In this document: in pieces, positions 44,119 to 55,739 of the stretch | How positions within the stretch are numbered: position 1 is the first letter of the stretch | Layout of the letters: each line of letters opens with the position of its first letter | Assembly: GCF_003334785.1 (NCBI RefSeq) | Contig: NZ_QOWV01000009.1 | Strand: one strand, 5' to 3' | Length of the DNA stretch: 64,000 nt | Origin: Escherichia coli | GTDB taxonomy: Bacteria; Pseudomonadota; Gammaproteobacteria; Enterobacterales; Enterobacteriaceae | Notes under the pieces: model-generated | Told to the model about the DNA's origin: nothing | The model's input: the letters and a program-made list of their open reading frames with translations, nothing else | Database searches by the model: none | Program-made: the position numbers and the translations under genes

Positions 44119-44808
44119 TTAAAAGCGGGTTGAAAAACGATATCCTGTACCGCGCACGGTCTGCACCATGCGGTCATGCCCGCCGGGCTCCAGTGCTTTA
44201 CGCAGGCGACGAATGTGGACATCGACCGTGCGGTCTTCCACATACACGTTAGTTCCCCAGACGTGGTTTAACAGCTGCTCGCGGCTGTACACGCGCTCAG
44301 GATGCGTCATAAAAAAGTGCAGCAGTTTAAATTCTGTCGGCCCCATCTCCAGCGGCTCTTCGCCCGCCATCACTCGGTGAGATGTCGGGTCGAGACTTAA
44401 TCCCTGCATCTCAATCACCTCTTCCACCGCCATTGGCGAAATACGGCGCATTACCGCTTTGATTCGCGCCACCAGCTCCTTCGGCGAAAACGGCTTGGTG
44501 ATATAGTCATCCGCGCCGGTTTCAAGGCCGCGCACGCGATCTTCTTCTTCCCCTCTGGCGGTCAACATCACCACTGGAATATCCCGGGTCATCGACTCGC
44601 GCTTGAGGTGTTTGATGAACTGGATACCGGAGCCGCCAGGTAACATCCAGTCAAGGAGAATTAAATCCGGCCAGGGTTCATTCAGTTGATTCACAGCACT
44701 GTCATAATCTTCCGCTTCGACCGGCTGAAAGCCATTTTGTTCGAGCACGAAGCAGACCATTTCGCGAATTGGAGCTTCATCTTCTACGACCAGAATACGT
44801 CTCGCCAT
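44119..44808 (-). CDS. phoB: Phosphate regulon response regulator PhoB (229 aa)
   Basis: ORF track 229 aa [42 protein letters not shown]...; OmpR-family winged-helix C-terminus. Confidence 0.97.
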
Positions 44809-44860
44809 GATTTGCCCTGTTGTAATAAATAGGTTGCGATCATTAATGCGACGTCATTAT

Positions 44861-44889
44861 GCGTCAGATTTATGACAGATTTATGAAAA
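44861..44889 (-). promoter_or_regulatory. Pho box (PhoB binding site) of the phoBR promoter
   Basis: Minus strand reads TTTTCAT-AAAT-CTGTCAT-AAAT-CTGACGC, i.e. direct 7-bp repeats with 4-bp spacers (consensus CTGTCAT), 53-81 nt upstream of the phoB ATG. Confidence 0.8.
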
Positions 44890-44997
44890 GCTCGTCGCAC
44901 ATATCTTCAGGTTATTGATTTCCGTGGCGCAGAAAAAAGCAAATGGCACATCTGTTTGGGTATAATCGCGCCCATGCTTTTTCGCCAGGGAACCGTT

Positions 44998-46200
44998 ATG
45001 CGCATCCTTCACACCTCAGACTGGCATCTCGGCCAGAACTTCTACAGTAAAAGCCGCGAAGCTGAACATCAGGCTTTTCTTGACTGGCTGCTGGAGACAG
45101 CACAAACCCATCAGGTGGATGCGATTATTGTTGCCGGTGATGTTTTCGATACCGGCTCGCCGCCCAGTTACGCCCGCACGTTATACAACCGTTTTGTTGT
45201 CAATTTACAGCAAACTGGCTGTCATCTGGTGGTACTGGCAGGAAACCATGACTCGGTCGCCACGCTGAATGAATCGCGCGATATCATGGCGTTCCTCAAT
45301 ACTACCGTGGTCGCCAGCGCCGGACATGCGCCGCAAATCTTGCCTCGTCGCGACGGGACGCCAGGCGCAGTGCTGTGCCCCATTCCGTTTTTACGTCCGC
45401 GTGACATTATTACCAGCCAGGCGGGGCTTAACGGTATTGAAAAACAGCAGCATTTACTGGCAGCGATTACCGATTATTACCAACAACACTATGCCGATGC
45501 CTGCAAACTGCGCGGCGATCAGCCTCTGCCCATCATCGCCACGGGACATTTAACGACCGTGGGGGCCAGTAAAAGTGACGCCGTGCGTGACATTTATATT
45601 GGCACGCTGGACGCGTTTCCGGCACAAAACTTTCCACCAGCCGACTACATCGCGCTCGGGCATATTCACCGCGCACAGATTATTGGCGGCATGGAACATG
45701 TTCGCTATTGCGGCTCCCCCATTCCACTGAGTTTTGATGAATGCGGTAAGAGTAAATATGTCCATCTGGTGACATTTTCAAACGGCAAATTAGAGAGCGT
45801 GGAAAACCTGAACGTACCGGTAACGCAACCCATGGCAGTGCTGAAAGGCGATCTGGCGTCGATTACCGCACAGCTGGAACAGTGGCGCGATGTATCGCAG
45901 GAGCCACCTGTCTGGCTGGATATCGAAATCACTACTGATGAGTATCTGCATGATATTCAGCGCAAAATCCAGGCATTAACCGAATCATTGCCTGTCGAAG
46001 TATTGCTGGTACGTCGGAGTCGTGAACAGCGCGAGCGTGTGTTAGCCAGCCAACAGCGTGAAACCCTCAGCGAACTCAGCGTCGAAGAGGTGTTCAATCG
46101 CCGTCTGGCACTGGAAGAACTGGATGAATCGCAGCAGCAACGTCTGCAGCATCTTTTCACCACGACGTTGCATACCCTCGCCGGAGAACACGAAGCATGA
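44998..46200 (+). CDS. sbcD: SbcD nuclease subunit of SbcCD (Mre11 homolog, 400 aa)
   Basis: ORF track 44956..46200 begins at a TTG; start placed at ATG 44998 giving [30 protein letters not shown]... (calcineurin-like phosphoesterase motifs DWHLG, GNHD). Confidence 0.93.
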   Translation: MRILHTSDWHLGQNFYSKSREAEHQAFLDWLLETAQTHQVDAIIVAGDVFDTGSPPSYARTLYNRFVVNLQQTGCHLVVLAGNHDSVATLNESRDIMAFLNTTVVASAGHAPQILPRRDGTPGAVLCPIPFLRPRDIITSQAGLNGIEKQQHLLAAITDYYQQHYADACKLRGDQPLPIIATGHLTTVGASKSDAVRDIYIGTLDAFPAQNFPPADYIALGHIHRAQIIGGMEHVRYCGSPIPLSFDECGKSKYVHLVTFSNGKLESVENLNVPVTQPMAVLKGDLASITAQLEQWRDVSQEPPVWLDIEITTDEYLHDIQRKIQALTESLPVEVLLVRRSREQRERVLASQQRETLSELSVEEVFNRRLALEELDESQQQRLQHLFTTTLHTLAGEHEA

Positions 46201-49200
46201 AAATTCTCAGCCTGCGCCTGAAAAACCTGAACTCATTAAAAGGCGAATGGAAGATTGATTTCACCCGCGAGCCGTTCGCCAGCAACGGGCTGTTTGCTAT
46301 TACCGGCCCAACAGGTGCGGGGAAAACCACCCTGCTGGACGCCATTTGTCTGGCGCTGTATCACGAAACTCCGCGTCTCTCTAACGTTTCACAATCGCAA
46401 AATGATCTCATGACCCGCGATACCGCCGAATGTCTGGCGGAGGTGGAGTTTGAAGTGAAAGGTGAAGCGTACCGTGCATTCTGGAGCCAGAATCGGGCGC
46501 GTAACCAACCCGACGGTAATTTGCAGGTGCCACGCGTAGAGCTGGCGCGCTGCGCCGACGGCAAAATTCTCGCCGACAAAGTGAAAGATAAGCTGGAACT
46601 GACAGCGACGTTAACCGGGCTGGATTACGGGCGCTTCACCCGTTCGATGCTGCTTTCGCAGGGGCAATTTGCTGCCTTCCTGAATGCCAAACCCAAAGAA
46701 CGCGCGGAATTGCTCGAGGAGTTAACCGGCACTGAAATCTACGGGCAAATCTCGGCGATGGTTTTTGAGCAGCACAAATCGGCCCGCACAGAGCTGGAGA
46801 AGCTGCAAGCGCAGGCCAGCGGCGTCACGTTGCTCACGCCGGAACAAGTGCAATCGCTGACAGCGAGTTTGCAGGTACTTACTGACGAAGAAAAACAGTT
46901 AATTACCGCGCAGCAGCAAGAACAACAATCGCTAAACTGGTTAACGCGTCAGGACGAATTGCAGCAAGAAGCCAGCCGCCGTCAGCAGGCCTTGCAACAG
47001 GCGTTAGCCGAAGAAGAAAAAGCGCAACCTCAACTGGCGGCGCTTAGTCTGGCACAACCGGCACGAAATCTTCGTCCACACTGGGAACGCATCGCAGAAC
47101 ACAGCGCGGCGCTGGCGCATATTCGCCAGCAGATTGAAGAAGTAAATACTCGCTTACAGAGCACAATGGCGCTTCGCGCGAGCATTCGCCACCACGCGGC
47201 GAAGCAGTCAGCAGAATTACAGCAGCAGCAACAAAGCCTGAATACCTGGTTACAGGAACACGACCGCTTCCGTCAGTGGAACAACGAACCGGCGGGTTGG
47301 CGTGCGCAGTTCTCCCAACAAACCAGCGATCGCGAGCATCTGCGGCAATGGCAGCAACAGTTAACCCATGCTGAGCAAAAACTTAATGCGCTTGCGGCGA
47401 TCACGTTGACGTTAACCGCCGATGAAGTTGCTACCGCCCTGGCGCAACATGCTGAGCAACGCCCACTGCGTCAGCACCTGGTCGCGCTGCATGGACAGAT
47501 TGTTCCCCAACAAAAACGTCTGGCGCAGTTACAGGTCGCTATCCAGAATGTCACGCAAGAACAGACGCAACGTAACGCCGCACTTAACGAAATGCGCCAG
47601 CGTTATAAAGAAAAGACGCAGCAACTTGCCGATGTGAAAACCATTTGCGAGCAGGAAGCGCGCATCAAAACGCTGGAAGCTCAACGTGCACAGTTACAGG
47701 CGGGTCAGCCTTGCCCACTTTGTGGTTCCACCAGCCACCCGGCGGTCGAGGCGTATCAGGCGCTGGAGCCTGGCGTTAATCAGTCTCGATTACTGGCGCT
47801 GGAAAACGAAGTTAAAAAGCTCGGTGAAGAAGGTGCGACGCTACGTGGGCAACTGGACGCCATAACAAAGCAGCTTCAGCGTGATGAAAACGAAGCGCAA
47901 AGCCTCCGACAAGATGAGCAAGCACTTACTCAACAATGGCAAGCCGTCACGGCCAGCCTCAATATCACCTTGCAGCCACTGGACGATATTCAACCGTGGC
48001 TGGATGCACAAGATGAGCACGAACGCCAGCTGCGGTTACTCAGCCAACGGCATGAATTACAAGGGCAGATTGCCGCGCATAATCAGCAAATTATCCAGTA
48101 TCAACAGCAAATTGAACAACGCCAGCAACTACTTTTAACGACATTGACGGGTTATGCACTGACATTGCCACAGGAAGATGAAGAAGAGAGCTGGTTGGCG
48201 ACACGTCAGCAAGAAGCGCAGAGCTGGCAGCAACGCCAGAACGAATTAACCGCGCTGCAAAACCGTATTCAGCAGCTGACGCCGATTCTGGAAACGTTGC
48301 CGCAAAGTGATGAACTCCCGCACTGCGAAGAAACTGTGGTATTGGAAAACTGGCGGCAGGTACATGAACAATGTCTCGCATTACACAGCCAGCAGCAGAC
48401 GTTACAGCAACAGGATGTTCTGGCGGCGCAAAGTCTGCAAAAAGCCCAGGCGCAGTTTGACACCGCGCTACAGGCCAGCGTCTTTGACGATCAGCAGGCG
48501 TTCCTTGCGGCGCTAATGGATGAACAAACACTAACGCAGCTGGAACAGCTCAAGCAGAATCTGGAAAACCAGCGCCGTCAGGCGCAAACTCTGGTCACTC
48601 AGACAGCAGAAACGCTGGCACAGCATCAACAACACCGACCTGACGACGGGTTGGCTCTCACTGTGACGGTGGAGCAGATTCAGCAAGAGTTAGCGCAAAC
48701 TCACCAAAAGTTGCGTGAAAACACCACGAGTCAAGGCGAGATTCGCCAGCAGCTGAAGCAGGATGCAGATAACCGTCAGCAACAACAAACCTTAATGCAG
48801 CAAATTGCTCAAATGACGCAGCAGGTTGAGGACTGGGGATATCTGAATTCGCTAATAGGTTCCAAAGAGGGCGATAAATTCCGCAAGTTTGCCCAGGGGC
48901 TGACGCTGGATAATTTAGTCCATCTCGCTAATCAGCAACTTACCCGGCTGCACGGGCGCTATCTGTTACAGCGCAAAGCCAGCGAGGCGCTGGAAGTCGA
49001 GGTTGTTGATACCTGGCAGGCAGATGCGGTACGCGATACCCGTACCCTTTCCGGCGGCGAAAGTTTCCTCGTTAGTCTGGCGCTGGCGCTGGCGCTTTCG
49101 GATCTGGTCAGCCATAAAACACGTATTGACTCGCTGTTCCTTGATGAAGGTTTTGGCACGCTGGATAGCGAAACGCTGGATACCGCCCTTGATGCGCTGG

Positions 49201-49343
49201 ATGCCCTGAACGCCAGTGGCAAAACCATCGGTGTGATTAGCCACGTAGAAGCGATGAAAGAGCGTATTCCGGTGCAGATCAAAGTGAAAAAGATCAACGG
49301 CCTGGGCTACAGCAAACTGGAAAGTACGTTTGCAGTGAAATAA
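46197..49343 (+). CDS. sbcC: SbcC ATPase subunit of SbcCD (Rad50/SMC-like, 1048 aa)
   Basis: ORF track 1048 aa; N-terminal Walker [10 protein letters not shown], long Q/E/L-rich coiled coil, central CPLCGS zinc-hook-like motif, C-terminal signature [18 protein letters not shown] and Walker B LFLDEGFG; ATGA overlap with sbcD stop. Confidence 0.96.
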   Translation: MKILSLRLKNLNSLKGEWKIDFTREPFASNGLFAITGPTGAGKTTLLDAICLALYHETPRLSNVSQSQNDLMTRDTAECLAEVEFEVKGEAYRAFWSQNRARNQPDGNLQVPRVELARCADGKILADKVKDKLELTATLTGLDYGRFTRSMLLSQGQFAAFLNAKPKERAELLEELTGTEIYGQISAMVFEQHKSARTELEKLQAQASGVTLLTPEQVQSLTASLQVLTDEEKQLITAQQQEQQSLNWLTRQDELQQEASRRQQALQQALAEEEKAQPQLAALSLAQPARNLRPHWERIAEHSAALAHIRQQIEEVNTRLQSTMALRASIRHHAAKQSAELQQQQQSLNTWLQEHDRFRQWNNEPAGWRAQFSQQTSDREHLRQWQQQLTHAEQKLNALAAITLTLTADEVATALAQHAEQRPLRQHLVALHGQIVPQQKRLAQLQVAIQNVTQEQTQRNAALNEMRQRYKEKTQQLADVKTICEQEARIKTLEAQRAQLQAGQPCPLCGSTSHPAVEAYQALEPGVNQSRLLALENEVKKLGEEGATLRGQLDAITKQLQRDENEAQSLRQDEQALTQQWQAVTASLNITLQPLDDIQPWLDAQDEHERQLRLLSQRHELQGQIAAHNQQIIQYQQQIEQRQQLLLTTLTGYALTLPQEDEEESWLATRQQEAQSWQQRQNELTALQNRIQQLTPILETLPQSDELPHCEETVVLENWRQVHEQCLALHSQQQTLQQQDVLAAQSLQKAQAQFDTALQASVFDDQQAFLAALMDEQTLTQLEQLKQNLENQRRQAQTLVTQTAETLAQHQQHRPDDGLALTVTVEQIQQELAQTHQKLRENTTSQGEIRQQLKQDADNRQQQQTLMQQIAQMTQQVEDWGYLNSLIGSKEGDKFRKFAQGLTLDNLVHLANQQLTRLHGRYLLQRKASEALEVEVVDTWQADAVRDTRTLSGGESFLVSLALALALSDLVSHKTRIDSLFLDEGFGTLDSETLDTALDALDALNASGKTIGVISHVEAMKERIPVQIKVKKINGLGYSKLESTFAVK

Positions 49344-49468
49344 CTATTCAGCAGGATAATGAATACAGAGGGGCGAATTATCTCTTGGCCTTGCTGGTCG
49401 TTATCCTGCAAGCTATCACTTTATTGGCTACGGTGATTGGTAGCCGTTCTGGTGGTTGTGATGGTGGT

Positions 49469-50653
49469 ATGAAAAAAGTCATTTTATCTTTGGCTCTGGG
49501 CACGTTTGGTTTGGGGATGGCCGAATTTGGCATTATGGGCGTGCTCACGGAGCTGGCGCATAACGTAGGAATTTCGATTCCTGCCGCCGGGCATATGATC
49601 TCGTATTATGCACTGGGGGTGGTGGTCGGTGCGCCAATCATCGCACTCTTTTCCAGCCGCTACTCACTCAAACATATCTTGTTGTTTCTGGTGGCGTTGT
49701 GCGTCATTGGCAACGCCATGTTCACGCTCTCTTCGTCTTACCTGATGCTCGCCATTGGTCGGCTGGTATCCGGCTTTCCGCATGGCGCATTTTTTGGCGT
49801 CGGAGCGATCGTGTTATCAAAAATTATCAAACCCGGAAAAGTCACCGCCGCCGTGGCGGGGATGGTTTCCGGGATGACAGTCGCCAATTTGCTGGGCATT
49901 CCGCTGGGAACGTATTTAAGTCAGGAATTTAGCTGGCGTTACACCTTTTTATTGATCGCTGTTTTTAATATTGCGGTGATGGCATCGGTCTATTTTTGGG
50001 TGCCAGATATTCGCGACGAGGCGAAAGGAAATCTGCGCGAACAATTTCACTTTTTGCGCAGCCCGGCCCCGTGGTTAATTTTCGCCGCCACGATGTTTGG
50101 CAACGCAGGTGTGTTTGCCTGGTTCAGCTACGTAAAGCCATACATGATGTTTATTTCCGGTTTTTCGGAAACGGCGATGACCTTTATTATGATGTTAGTT
50201 GGGCTAGGGATGGTGCTGGGAAATATGCTAAGTGGCAGGATTTCAGGACGTTATTCACCACTGCGCATTGCAGCAGTGACTGACTTTATAATTGTACTGG
50301 CACTGCTGATGCTCTTTTTCTGCGGCGGCATGAAAACAACGTCGCTTATTTTTGCTTTTATTTGTTGCGCGGGATTATTTGCCCTTTCAGCACCGCTACA
50401 AATATTGTTACTACAAAACGCCAAAGGCGGAGAGTTATTAGGTGCCGCAGGTGGGCAAATAGCGTTTAACCTCGGTAGCGCCGTCGGCGCATATTGCGGA
50501 GGTATGATGCTGACGCTGGGACTGGCATATAATTACGTGGCGCTGCCTGCCGCCCTGCTTTCGTTTGCTGCGATGTCGTCGTTGCTGCTGTATGGTCGCT
50601 ATAAGCGCCAGCAAGCGGCGGATACTCCGGTGCTGGCGAAACCACTGGGGTAG
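49469..50653 (+). CDS. araJ: AraJ MFS-family transporter (394 aa)
   Basis: ORF track 49385..50653; start placed at ATG 49469 giving MKKVILSLALGTFGLGMAEFGIMGVL... Confidence 0.9.
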   Translation: MKKVILSLALGTFGLGMAEFGIMGVLTELAHNVGISIPAAGHMISYYALGVVVGAPIIALFSSRYSLKHILLFLVALCVIGNAMFTLSSSYLMLAIGRLVSGFPHGAFFGVGAIVLSKIIKPGKVTAAVAGMVSGMTVANLLGIPLGTYLSQEFSWRYTFLLIAVFNIAVMASVYFWVPDIRDEAKGNLREQFHFLRSPAPWLIFAATMFGNAGVFAWFSYVKPYMMFISGFSETAMTFIMMLVGLGMVLGNMLSGRISGRYSPLRIAAVTDFIIVLALLMLFFCGGMKTTSLIFAFICCAGLFALSAPLQILLLQNAKGGELLGAAGGQIAFNLGSAVGAYCGGMMLTLGLAYNYVALPAALLSFAAMSSLLLYGRYKRQQAADTPVLAKPLG

Positions 50654-50680
50654 GTTATAGTCTCGGTGCTCATTACTTAT

Positions 50681-50905
50681 TGCCGGATGCGGCGTGAACG
50701 CCTTATCCGCCCTACGCGGTTCTGGCACATTTTGCAGGCCTGATAAGACGCGGCAAGCGTCGCATCAGGCATCGGAGCACTTATTGCCGGATGCGGCGTG
50801 AACGCCTTATCCGGCCTACGGTTCTGGCACCTTTTGTAGGCCTGATAAGACGCGGCAAGCGTCGCATCAGGCCTGATAAGACGCGGCAAGCGTCGCATCA
50901 GGCAT
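50681..50905. repeat. BIME cluster (five REP units) between convergent araJ and mak
   Basis: Alternating units TGCCGGATGCGGCGTGAACGCCTTATCCG(C/G)CCTAC and AGGCCTGATAAGACGCGGCAAGCGTCGCATCAGGC; ~100-bp unit tandemly duplicated, last REP present twice in a row. Confidence 0.9.
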
Positions 50906-50928
50906 GATGCGCCAATTGCCTACGTTTT

Positions 50929-51837
50929 TTACTCTTGTGGCCATAACCACGCAGCGCCGCGTACGCCGCTGGAATCACCGTGCTTCGCCTTACGCACCGG
51001 CGTTTCACATTCGCCGCCGAAGACAAATTGTTTAATCAACTGCCCAACCGTTTGATATAAACGGTCTACATTGCTCATCCCGCCCCCCAGGACAATCACA
51101 TCCGGATCGAGAATATTCACGACATGTGCCAGCGATTTTGCCAGCCGCAGCTCGTAGCGACGCAATGCCAGTTCCGCTACCGGATCGCTTTCTTCAACCA
51201 GGCGGATAATTTCACTGCCTTTCAGCGCATGTCCGCTCAAACGACGATAATCCATCGCGAATCCCGTGCCCGAAATAAAGGTTTCAATACAACCTTGTTT
51301 ACCGCAATAACAAGGGACTTCCTCGCGATAACGCAGTTCGTCTTCGTCCATCCACGGTAGCGGATTGTGTCCCCACTCACCTGCCGTGCCATTGCCGCCG
51401 ATATGCGCCCGCCCATTGAATGCCACGCCCGCGCCGCATCCCGTGCCGATAATCACGGCAAATACCGTCTGCGCTCCCGCTGCCGCGCCATCTACTGCTT
51501 CTGAAACCGCCAGACAGTTAGCGTCATTTGCCAGCCGCACTTCCCGCTGCAACCTCGCGCTTAAGTCTTTATCGAATGGCTGACCGTTGAGCCAGGTTGA
51601 ATTGGCATTCTTCACCACACCGGTGTAAGGCGAAATTGAGCCAGGAATGCCCATACCTACCGTTCCGCGCTGCCCCGTCGCCTGCTCCGCCATATCAACC
51701 AACGTGGCGATCGTTTCAATAGTCTGCCGGTAATCATCACGCGGCGTGGGCAGACGATGGCGGTACAACTGCTCCCCTGCATCGCCCAGTGCAATCACTT
51801 CAGTTTTGGTGCCGCCTAAATCGATACCTATACGCAC
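50929..51837 (-). CDS. mak: Fructokinase / manno(fructo)kinase Mak, ROK family (302 aa)
   Basis: ORF track 50929..51975; start placed at the in-frame GTG at 51837 giving (M)[27 protein letters not shown]...; ROK zinc motif CYCGKQGC present. Confidence 0.9.
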
Positions 51838-51961
51838 GGTACTCTCCTTATTTTTTTCAATATTAATAGCGTAGAGACGGACAACCGGATTGGCAATGCA
51901 AGGCCGCCGACAATTCGTTATCATGCCCGCTAAATTTAACGACAAGGCCGTGGAAATTATC

Positions 51962-52873
51962 ATGCTGTGGTTCAAAAATTTAATGGTTTACCGTCTTAGC
52001 CGCGAGATTTCGCTGCGTGCAGAAGAGATGGAAAAACAGCTAGCCTCGATGGCATTTACCCCATGCGGCAGCCAGGACATGGCGAAGATGGGCTGGGTTC
52101 CTCCGATGGGATCGCACAGCGATGCGTTAACGCACGTTGCCAATGGTCAAATTGTTATCTGCGCGCGCAAAGAAGAAAAAATCCTCCCGTCTCCGGTGAT
52201 TAAACAGGCGCTGGAAGCGAAAATCGCCAAACTGGAAGCGGAACAGGCGCGTAAGCTGAAGAAAACCGAAAAAGATTCGCTGAAAGACGAAGTGCTGCAC
52301 TCTCTGCTGCCGCGTGCTTTCAGCCGTTTTAGCCAGACAATGATGTGGATCGACACGGTTAACGGTTTGATTATGGTGGACTGCGCCAGTGCCAAAAAAG
52401 CGGAAGATACGCTGGCATTACTGCGTAAAAGCCTGGGGTCGTTACCGGTTGTACCATTGAGCATGGAAAACCCGATTGAACTGACGCTGACCGAATGGGT
52501 TCGCTCCGGTAGTGCGGCACAGGGCTTCCAGCTGCTTGATGAAGCCGAGCTGAAATCGTTGCTGGAAGATGGCGGCGTGATCCGCGCGAAGAAACAAGAT
52601 CTGACCAGCGAAGAGATCACCAATCACATTGAAGCCGGAAAAGTGGTGACTAAACTGGCGCTCGACTGGCAGCAGCGCATTCAGTTTGTGATGTGCGACG
52701 ATGGTTCGCTCAAGCGTCTGAAGTTCTGCGACGAGCTGCGCGATCAAAACGAAGATATCGACCGTGAAGATTTCGCCCAGCGTTTTGATGCCGATTTCAT
52801 CCTGATGACTGGTGAACTGGCAGCGTTAATTCAAAACCTGATTGAAGGATTAGGTGGCGAAGCACAACGTTAA
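51962..52873 (+). CDS. rdgC: Recombination-associated nucleoid protein RdgC (303 aa)
   Basis: ORF track 51890..52873; start placed at ATG 51962 giving [45 protein letters not shown]... Confidence 0.93.
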
Positions 52874-52890
52874 TTGCTGATTTTCCTTTA

Positions 52891-52930
52891 ATGCCGGATG
52901 CGACGCCTGCCGCGTCTTATCCGGCGTACG
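52891..52930. repeat. REP element downstream of rdgC
   Basis: ATGCCGGATGCGACGCCTGCCGCGTCTTATCCGGCGTACG. Confidence 0.75.
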
Positions 52931-53030
52931 AAGCCACACCAGGCATATAATTATTCGCTACGGCGAGCAATAATTTTTAGCGCAGCAATATTATGCGTTT
53001 TACGCTGTAACTTGCTCCATGGACGTTGTG

Positions 53031-53312
53031 TCATTGTTTTTCCTCAAGCCGGTGACGCGCTTCACTGCGAATTTTCCGCGTTGCCCCGGTTTTCACTAAA
53101 TCACGTAACAGCGAAAGATCGGGTTGTTCGACAAATAAGAGTAATGATGGATCCTCTTTTAACCACGCCGTTTTCACATCGGCAGCCAGCTGTGGATTAT
53201 TAATAGCCAGCGACCGATCCTGAGGCTCAGTCAATGTCGTTAACAACAACGCCGGGGTATGTGCGTTGCGCAATGCCGTTTGGCGTAAATGATCATTGCG
53301 ACTTTGCAGCAA
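53031..53312 (-). pseudogene. Decayed ORF between rdgC and ppnP, possibly the K-12 ykiA locus (tentative)
   Basis: ORF track 93 aa begins at a TTG, not ATG; the same frame stays open upstream to a stop at 53382-53384 with no start codon in between (RSPDIVAELATIKDKSDDEWWRALLQSRNDH...); Leu/Ala-rich helical-repeat-like composition; no Shine-Dalgarno seen. Confidence 0.3.
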
Positions 53313-53519
53313 TGCACGCCACCATTCATCATCTGATTTATCTTTTATCGTAGCCAGTTCCGCAACAATATCTGGAGATCTTCACTGATATTTATATCAA
53401 CCTTGATAAATTATGAATATATCGGAAATTGAAAAAATCGCAGCAAAGGAAATATTATTATGGGCTAAAGAAAGGATATTTCAGAAAAATGCCCTCCCGT
53501 TCAAGGGGAAGGCGAGGAA

Positions 53520-53804
53520 TTACAGATAGCGGCACAGATAAGAGGTGGGTTCGGCAACTTGCAGATGAAACTCACTGTGACCGGGAACATTAAACACCGA
53601 ACCGGCTTCATACACCTGCCAGTCGGTCGCGTCAGGCAGTAACACATTCAGCGCGCCACTGATTACCGTCATCTCTTCCGGCTCAGCGGTGCTGAAGGTG
53701 TATTCGCCTTCAACCATAACACCCACGCTGGCGCGACCAGTGCTGCTGCTGGAAAAGCCGATTGATTTCACTTTGCCGGAAAAGTACTCATTACTTTGAA
53801 GCAT
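53520..53804 (-). CDS. ppnP: Pyrimidine/purine nucleoside phosphorylase PpnP (94 aa)
   Basis: ORF track 94 aa [47 protein letters not shown]... (older name yaiE). Confidence 0.94.
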
Positions 53805-53875
53805 AAACTGGCCCTGTTTGGTAGTTGAACATCTACTTCACTATAGGGGCCAGAGGCGCTGGCTGTCACGCAAAA

Positions 53876-54553
53876 TTACACCAGTAATTCCGCAGCCAGC
53901 CGTGCAATCAATACGTTAGACAGCAAGACAGGAACATCGAGCTGTTTTTGCAGTAAATCGCGATGACGTTGGTGAAATCCTAAACAATCCAGCATGATGA
54001 CATCAGCCCCTTTTGCCAGTAATTCTTTCCCGGCATCAATGATTTTTTGTTCTGAATCATGAATGGGGTTACCCAATGAAAATACCGGCGATTTCTGCAA
54101 AATTTGCCATTTTTGCGCCTGAACGGGCAGCATCTCCTCAACCGGAACGATAACCCCCACCTGATGATCTTCAACAATAGAGGAAACCAGTGGAGGCAAT
54201 ATTCGCGACGGCTCAAGAAAGATCGTATTACGCGCAGTCATACTACTAATGTTTGCTGTACTCATTAATAAAATGACGTCATAACCCTGATTATCGAGCA
54301 CTTCAACCACACCTTGCAGGTCACGCTCCACTTTGCGACGCGAAACATGGGCCAGCTGGTTGTCATTTAATAATGTGAGAATGGTGTCTTCGCCTGCTTC
54401 TGGCGCGTACTCCGCCATCACTTCTTCACGACTTAACTTCCCCAGCAGGCTATGATGGGAAATATTATCTTCGTCAATGTATTCCGTCAGGAGCGGCAAA
54501 ACTTCCTGCATAGGTACAATGCCGATGGTCAGGATCGCCAACGACGCACTCAT
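53876..54553 (-). CDS. aroM: AroM protein of unknown function (225 aa)
   Basis: ORF track 225 aa [40 protein letters not shown]...; downstream of aroL-yaiA. Confidence 0.93.
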
Positions 54554-54810
54554 TGTTCATCCACCTTACTTTTCTTTCGTCGTTAATTACCGGGCAAGTG
54601 TGAAGCACCACTGCTGACACTTACTTGTGCTACAAATGACAAAAAGCGTAGCAGCAGACGTGCACGGCATAATGTAAAGATTCCAAATGATTCCAGTAAT
54701 GGATTGTTATTGTTTAATATTCTAATTATTAGAAAAACATGAATTATGAAAAATGTGACGCAGATCCCTTGTAGTGGCACTCAGAATCCCTTCCGAGCAG
54801 TCTGATGCGG

Positions 54811-55011
<201 letters not shown>

Positions 55012-55051
55012 TTATTTCACGGGATGAACGTTAAGTATAGGCGCTCGAAAA

Positions 55052-55576
55052 TCAACAATTGATCGTCTGTGCCAGGGCGCTGCGAATTTCAGAAATCACC
55101 TGGCTGGGTTCGTTTGTTGCGTCGATGATAATATGCGCAACTTCGCGATATAGCGCATCGCGTTCTTCCAGCACTTCCTGAACTTCTTCGCTCAGCGGTT
55201 TTCCCGTTAAGGTTGGCCGTAAATCTTCTTCCGGTGCAGCTTGCAGTCGGTTAACCAGGACTGATACTGGCGCACACAAATAAAACACGATCCCGTTATT
55301 TTGCATGAAGTGACGATTAAATTCCGTCAGAATAATGCCGCCGCCTGTAGCGATAACGGTGGATGGCGCAGTTACCGCTTCCAGCGCCGCCGTTTCTCTG
55401 GCGCGAAATCCCGCCCACTCTTCCCTTTCGACGATCTCCGCGACCGTCATATTGAGCTGTGATTGCAACCACTGATCGGTATCGACAAACCGACGGTTAA
55501 GCGAATCGGCAAGGGCCATTCCGACCGTTGTTTTACCACAGCCCCGAGGCCCGATCAGAAAAAGAGGTTGTGTCAT
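55052..55576 (-). CDS. aroL: Shikimate kinase II (174 aa)
   Basis: ORF track 174 aa [38 protein letters not shown]... (P-loop GPRGCGKTT). Confidence 0.96.
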   Translation of the reverse strand: MTQPLFLIGPRGCGKTTVGMALADSLNRRFVDTDQWLQSQLNMTVAEIVEREEWAGFRARETAALEAVTAPSTVIATGGGIILTEFNRHFMQNNGIVFYLCAPVSVLVNRLQAAPEEDLRPTLTGKPLSEEVQEVLEERDALYREVAHIIIDATNEPSQVISEIRSALAQTINC

Positions 55577-55643
55577 CGTGGGTTTTCCCCAATAGGTCGC
55601 AATGCGGCGAAAGCCGGTGTCATGAGAATAGCGATCATACCAT

Positions 55644-55660
55644 CAAACTAGTACAATTTC
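55644..55660 (-). promoter_or_regulatory. TrpR operator-like site upstream of aroL
   Basis: AAACTAGTACAATTT contains the ACTAGT core of Trp repressor operators; ~75 nt upstream of the aroL ATG. Confidence 0.4.
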
Positions 55661-55739
55661 GATTGTAAAGAAAAAATTCCACTTAAAGTGAAAATCTCAA
55701 TACACCCCTTACTATACCAATAAATATTCAAGAATGAAG

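Noticed and set aside
50681-50905. Possible CRISPR array, because of regularly repeated ~35-bp palindromic units
   Set aside because: Units are REP sequences in alternating orientation with no unique spacers of constant length and no cas genes nearby; classic BIME architecture.
54583-54780. 65-aa minus-strand ORF between aroM and yaiA
   Set aside because: AT-rich spacer ORF (poly-Asn/Ile) with no ribosome-binding site.
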